A DNA stretch of 10,578 nucleotides, from contig JAJPHT010000041.1 of assembly GCA_021325135.1 (NCBI GenBank), positions 1 through 10,578 on the forward strand, read 5' to 3'. The DNA comes from Pseudomonadota bacterium (lineage in GTDB: Archaea > Thermoplasmatota > SW-10-69-26 > JACQPN01 > JAJPHT01). The notes below the pieces were generated by a model. That model saw only the letters and a program-made list of their open reading frames with translations, did not search any database and was not told the DNA's origin. A program made the position numbers and the translations under genes. Position 1 is the first letter of the stretch. Every line of letters starts with the position of its first letter. Of the stretch, positions 7,203 to 10,578 are shown piece after piece.

Positions 7203-7331
7203 ATGATGGGATGCACCAGCGAAGCCAGGTTCAGCGTGCGCGGAGCCCTGCTCCTGCGCGAGGAGAGGACGTACCATCGGGGCCATCTGGCCACCGAGAC
7301 CCTGGTGGTGGAGCCCCTTCGGGTCGCCTGA
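7203..7331 (+). CDS. Putative small protein, 42 aa (MMGCTSEARFSVRGALLLREERTYHRGHLATETLVVEPLRVA)
   Basis: Translated by hand; it is not in the ORF track. 34 of 40 non-Met sense codons end in G/C. BRE/TATA-like GGAAAGCTCATA (7168-7179) sits at leaderless distance from ATG 7203. The ORF fills the gap and ends 9 nt before the convergent gene's stop. Confidence 0.6.
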   Translation: MMGCTSEARFSVRGALLLREERTYHRGHLATETLVVEPLRVA

Positions 7332-7340
7332 GCCGCCCTT

Positions 7341-7703
7341 CTAGGAGATGAGGGGGAACGACACCATGTTCTCCAGCGCCGAGCCGGTGCTGTTGACCTG
7401 CTCGTAGCTGGGCGGCTGGACGGGCAGGTTGCACAGCGAGGGGATGATGAAGGCGCCCAGCGTCATGCCGGAGCCCACGTCCTCCTGGAAGGCCACGCCG
7501 ATCACGTCCTCCGCCAGGTAGGGGTACACCAGGAGCGGGCCGCCCCAGTTGGCCGTCATGAGGTTGATGCAGCCCTCGTCGCCCGGCTCGCCCGACCCGA
7601 GGCTGGGCGGGGTGACGGGGGGGTCGGCCGTCGAGAATGGCATCGCGAGGGCCATGGAGACGGCTGCGAGAAGAAGGACCGCGATGCGACTGACGACGGC
7701 CAC
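7341..7703 (-). CDS. Small secreted hypothetical protein (120 aa, GTG start, two Cys)
   Basis: GTG at 7703 with GAGG 7 nt upstream and TATA-like CTTATC (7741-7746, minus). Signal peptide MAVVSRIAVLLLAAVSMALAMPFSTA, then a Pro/Gly linker and a domain bracketed by two Cys (GCINL...SLCNL). No C-terminal anchor. Confidence 0.7.
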   Translation of the reverse strand: MAVVSRIAVLLLAAVSMALAMPFSTADPPVTPPSLGSGEPGDEGCINLMTANWGGPLLVYPYLAEDVIGVAFQEDVGSGMTLGAFIIPSLCNLPVQPPSYEQVNSTGSALENMVSFPLIS

Positions 7704-7740
7704 GTCGATGCCTCGGGCCCCACAAGCGCCGTCCCGCTGT

Positions 7741-7818
7741 GATAAGGCTTGTCGTGCCCGACGCGACCGGGGGAAACGCCACGTTTCCCCGGCGAAGTCC
7801 TTGGACGACAAAGTATAT
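7741..7818. promoter_or_regulatory. Symmetric bidirectional promoter with a central palindromic operator
   Basis: Minus strand: ACGACAA-GC-CTTATC. Plus strand: ACGACAA-A-GTATAT. Central GGGGAAACG-CCA-CGTTTCCCC (7770-7790). TTGTCGT (7749-7755), ACGACAA (7805-7811) and the palindrome are all centred on 7780. Confidence 0.7.
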
Positions 7819-7845
7819 CTCGGCCCGGACGGAAGTGCGCGCGGC

Positions 7846-9453
7846 ATGGTCCCCGTCCGCGTCGCCCTCGGCGTCCTTCTTGTCGCCGTCGTCGCGGCCC
7901 CCCTCGTCGCGGCAGCGCCGGCCAGCGGAGGGCTTGACGCGCAGGGGATCCTCCACCTGGCGGGGCCCCTGGTCGCGGACGCGAAGTCCGGCGACCTCGT
8001 CTGGAACTCCACCCGGGCCCCCGACCTCGCGCTCGCGGGCGAGGGCATCCACCTGGAGCGGATCGGCACCACGCGGACCGTCCAGCCGACGCCGGTGGGC
8101 GACGTCGTCATGGGCAACGCCAACGTGGACGACACCGTGGACGTCGCCTCGGGCCGCATCACCTTCTCCACGGGCGAAGGCCAGCAGGTCGTGGCGCTCC
8201 AGGACCTCGGCGCGCTCCACCTCACGGGCGCGCAGGCCGACGTGCGACCCGTCGCGGGCGCGCGCCTGGCCTCCATCAGCCTCACCCAGCAGAGGGACGG
8301 CTTCTCCTGCGACATCCAGCAGAAGTGCCTCGCCACCCTGGGCACGTACCAGATGGACGGCGCCGCGGGGACGCTGGAAGGCGCGCTGGCGATCTTCGTG
8401 CGCGGGCCCGCGGTCCACGTGGTCGACGCCTCGGGGAGCGAGCGCGTCTTCGGCTCGGGCCAGACCTCCACGACCACCACCACGGGAGCCCAGCGCGACG
8501 ACACCTGGGTCCTCCTCACCATCCAGAAGGCGACGGGCTCCTTCTCGGCCGCCCCCCACGCGGCCTACCTCGCGGCGCCCTCGCTCCAGGGCACGGCGGC
8601 TTCGCTGGACGCCGCCACCGGTGCCCTCTCCGTGGGCGGCAAGGCCTACCGGGCCCACGACGAGGCGGTCGAGGCCGCAGGTGCGCTGCGCATCGCCCTC
8701 GCGCCCCTGGCCCCCGGCGACTTCAAGGCCGCGGGAGAGGTCGTCTACGCCTCGGGGTTCCACGCGGACGTCGCGGGCGACGTCACGCGCATCAACCTCC
8801 ACGAGGCGCCCGTCTTCGAGCAGCCCGTCGCGCAGGCGGTTGGCATCGCGGCCCTGGTCACCGCGGCCGTGGCGAGCGCCGCGGCCTACTACTGGCCCCT
8901 TCTCTCCTTCCACCTCGCGGCGCTCGGGGCGCCCCTCTACACGCGGCTGAGGCAGCCGGAGATCCTCGACAACGACGTGAGGAACCGCATCTACGACATC
9001 ATCCGCGCGAACCCGGGCATCAGCGCCCGCGCCGTGCACCGCGAGAGCGAGCAGAGCTGGGGCACCGTCGTCTACCACCTGCGCCAGCTGGAGCGGCACA
9101 ACCTCGTCGTGAGCCGCACCATGGGCCGCACGCGCAACTACTACGAGAACCACGGGAAGTACAAGGGCATGGAGGCCCAGCTCGCGTGCCTCCAGGCGCC
9201 GCGCGCGCTCACGCTGGCCCGCGTGATCCTGGACAACCCCGGCGCGACGCAGGAGCAGCTCGTGGAGAAGTCCGGCTACCCGCAGCCCACGACGTCCTAC
9301 TACGTCCGCAAGCTGCGCAAGGCGGGTCTCATCGACGAGGCGCGGGAAGGGCGCTACGTGCGCTACCTGCCCGCCCAGGACCTCGCGCGCTTTGTCCAGA
9401 CGGCCGATCCCACGCCGCTGGGCAGCCCGACCCCCGCCGGCGTCAACGCGTGA
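7846..9453 (+). CDS. Membrane-anchored transcriptional regulator: signal peptide, ~300-aa extracellular domain, TM segment and two tandem winged HTH domains (COG3398-like; 535 aa)
   Basis: Signal peptide MVPVRVALGVLLVAVVAAPLVAAA. Gly/Thr/Ala-rich, apparently beta-rich ectodomain with CDIQQKC. Hydrophobic AVGIAALVTAAVASAAAYYWPLL...PLYTRL. wHTH1 RNRIYDIIRANPG...WGTVVYHLRQLE; wHTH2 VILDNPGATQEQL...TTSYYVRKLRKAGLI...EGRYVRY. Confidence 0.85.
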   Translation: MVPVRVALGVLLVAVVAAPLVAAAPASGGLDAQGILHLAGPLVADAKSGDLVWNSTRAPDLALAGEGIHLERIGTTRTVQPTPVGDVVMGNANVDDTVDVASGRITFSTGEGQQVVALQDLGALHLTGAQADVRPVAGARLASISLTQQRDGFSCDIQQKCLATLGTYQMDGAAGTLEGALAIFVRGPAVHVVDASGSERVFGSGQTSTTTTTGAQRDDTWVLLTIQKATGSFSAAPHAAYLAAPSLQGTAASLDAATGALSVGGKAYRAHDEAVEAAGALRIALAPLAPGDFKAAGEVVYASGFHADVAGDVTRINLHEAPVFEQPVAQAVGIAALVTAAVASAAAYYWPLLSFHLAALGAPLYTRLRQPEILDNDVRNRIYDIIRANPGISARAVHRESEQSWGTVVYHLRQLERHNLVVSRTMGRTRNYYENHGKYKGMEAQLACLQAPRALTLARVILDNPGATQEQLVEKSGYPQPTTSYYVRKLRKAGLIDEAREGRYVRYLPAQDLARFVQTADPTPLGSPTPAGVNA

Positions 9454-9518
9454 GCGACGCGGGCGCCTCGCGACGGGCATGGCGTTTCTGGCGGCCCCGC
9501 GTTTTGGAGCGTCAGGAG

Positions 9519-9563
9519 GTCACGCGACGGGGCCGCCCGGGGTCACGTGACCGGTCACGTGAC
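9519..9563. repeat. Three copies of the palindromic decamer GTCACGYGAC
   Basis: GTCACGCGAC at 9519-9528; GTCACGTGAC at 9542-9551 and 9554-9563. The last two together form a perfect 22-bp palindrome. Confidence 0.75.
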
Positions 9564-9659
9564 TCCTGATCCCTGCGGGCGTCCTGGCGCGTCCAAGCTT
9601 GGAACCTGACCCGAGGGCAGGCCAAGGCGTCCCGGGCCGGAGGCCGAAGCCGCTCCGGC

Positions 9660-10135
9660 CGAATCTACAAATAGGGGGTGTGAATTGGGGGGCCCTACGC
9701 GCCCGCGCTTCCCTCGTGGAGGCGGGGGCGAAGCGCGCGACCGCGGTTCGATCCGCGACGCGCGAACCGGGGACGGCGAAACCATCAAATATGATGGTGG
9801 CGTACGCGCCCTTCCCGACCCGGGCGACTGGGCGGGCGTCGGGCACCGATCCCGACCTCTGGCGGCCTGGCCGCCATGCGAGACGGACGCGCGAAATCCC
9901 TAAATAGGGGGCGTGCGTACCAGGGTCGCCCCTCCGGCATCTGTCCGGTGGAAGCGGCGATCGGCTCCGGCCGGTCGTGAAGGCCCCGGTGCGCGAAACC
10001 TTCAAATAGGGAGCGTGCATTCGTCGCCTCCTGCCCCCGACCGGGGACAGGCGAGCGCCGCAAGGCGCGATCACGGACCTCAGGTCCGCTGCATCCGGAT
10101 CCTCGAGCCCCCTGGGTTCAGAGAGGATTCAAATA
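9660..10135 (+). promoter_or_regulatory. Five tandem BRE-TATA promoters upstream of the 16S rRNA gene
   Basis: CGAATCTACAAATA (9660-9673), CGAAACCATCAAATA (9777-9791), CGAAATCCCTAAATA (9892-9906), CGAAACCTTCAAATA (9994-10008) and GAGAGGATTCAAATA (10121-10135). The AAATA cores are spaced 118, 115, 102 and 127 bp apart. Confidence 0.8.
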
Positions 10136-10159
10136 CGAGAACCGCGTTCTCGCCCGAGC

Positions 10160-10507
10160 CCTTCGGACCCTGTGCGGGGCCGAGATGGGCGCCACGGACG
10201 CTGACGCGCCGAGCGGCCCTTCGGGCTGCGTTGACAGCGTAGATCCAAGCCGTGGGACAGCGAGTCGCTGACTCGGAAACCATTCATGTGAAGCCGGGAG
10301 AAACCCGATTGCGCGTGGCTTCGGCCGCGTGGCAAGCGTGACCTCTCCACAGCTGAGATTCGAGCCAAGTTGCTACGTGCACAGACCCTAATAGCGAGCA
10401 CAGCGCGCAACGCGCTGATCGCATTACAAGGACAAGGAGCGGACAAGTTCCCTCCCCTGCGAGCACATCGCGCGCAGATGGATGGTGAAACTTGCTTCAC
10501 TCCGCCA
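10160..10507 (+). other. 16S rRNA 5' external transcribed leader (structured)
   Basis: Non-coding, and lower in GC near the gene. It holds several hairpins (GCGGCCC-TTC-GGGCTGC, CGAGTC-GCT-GACTCG, CGCGTGGC-TTCG-GCCGCGTG, CAGCGCG-CAA-CGCGCTG) and a long imperfect stem at 10436-10503 abutting the mature 5' end. The 5' boundary is approximate. Confidence 0.6.

Positions 10508-10578
<71 letters not shown>

Noticed and set aside
7160-7340. RNase P RNA, SRP RNA or a riboswitch in this gap (AGGAAAG resembles the RNase P CR-I motif)
   Set aside because: The gap is too short and lacks the other conserved regions. The motif is better explained as a BRE before a TATA box, and the interval has coding-like codon bias.
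3052-7845. Longest-ORF starts in the track (3052, 4367, 5182, 7549; also 2785 and 988)
   Set aside because: The N-terminal extensions run through promoters, hairpin clusters or neighbouring genes. Downstream starts fit the family N-termini, signal peptides and TATA spacing.
7231-9480. 749-aa minus-strand ORF, and the 393-aa extended version of 7341..8522
   Set aside because: These are antisense shadows of the high-GC3 regulator gene, with Arg/Gly-rich text and no motifs. Only the 7341-7703 portion has its own promoter, ribosome site and signal peptide.
9660-10135. Periodic repeats considered as a CRISPR or other guide array
   Set aside because: The conserved part is only about 15 bp and degenerate, the spacing exceeds 100 bp, it matches BRE-TATA, it lies directly upstream of 16S, and no cas genes are present.
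10274-10290. Possible sixth rRNA promoter CGGAAACCATTCATGTG
   Set aside because: The BRE-like part is present but the AAATA core is missing and the spacing breaks the period, so support is insufficient.
9520-10500. Short ORFs on both strands upstream of 16S
   Set aside because: They show no recognisable motifs or convincing codon bias, and they overlap the rRNA promoter array and structured leader.

Overview
High-GC archaeal genomic window. The proteins are not acid-biased like halophile proteins, and an uncultured Thermoplasmatota-like host is my inference. In order: the 3' part of gcvPB; a small SPW-like membrane protein; a three-gene cassette (dual-OB-type protein convergent on two overlapping DUF488 paralogues); a COG3199 ATP-NAD-kinase-family gene; a Bat-type HTH_10 regulator; a ~180-bp cluster of hairpins, four with GNA triloops; a secreted CarboxypepD_reg-repeat surface protein with a PGF-CTERM-like tail; a 42-codon ORF missing from the ORF track; a small secreted protein divergent from a membrane-anchored tandem-wHTH regulator; five tandem rRNA promoters; and the 5' end of 16S rRNA. 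The best candidate for an undescribed system is the divergent secreted-protein / receptor-like regulator pair (7341-9453). Its two BRE-like elements and a central palindrome share one dyad axis at 7780. The DUF488/dual-OB cassette is the second candidate. All family assignments come from recognising motifs by eye, not from database searches.
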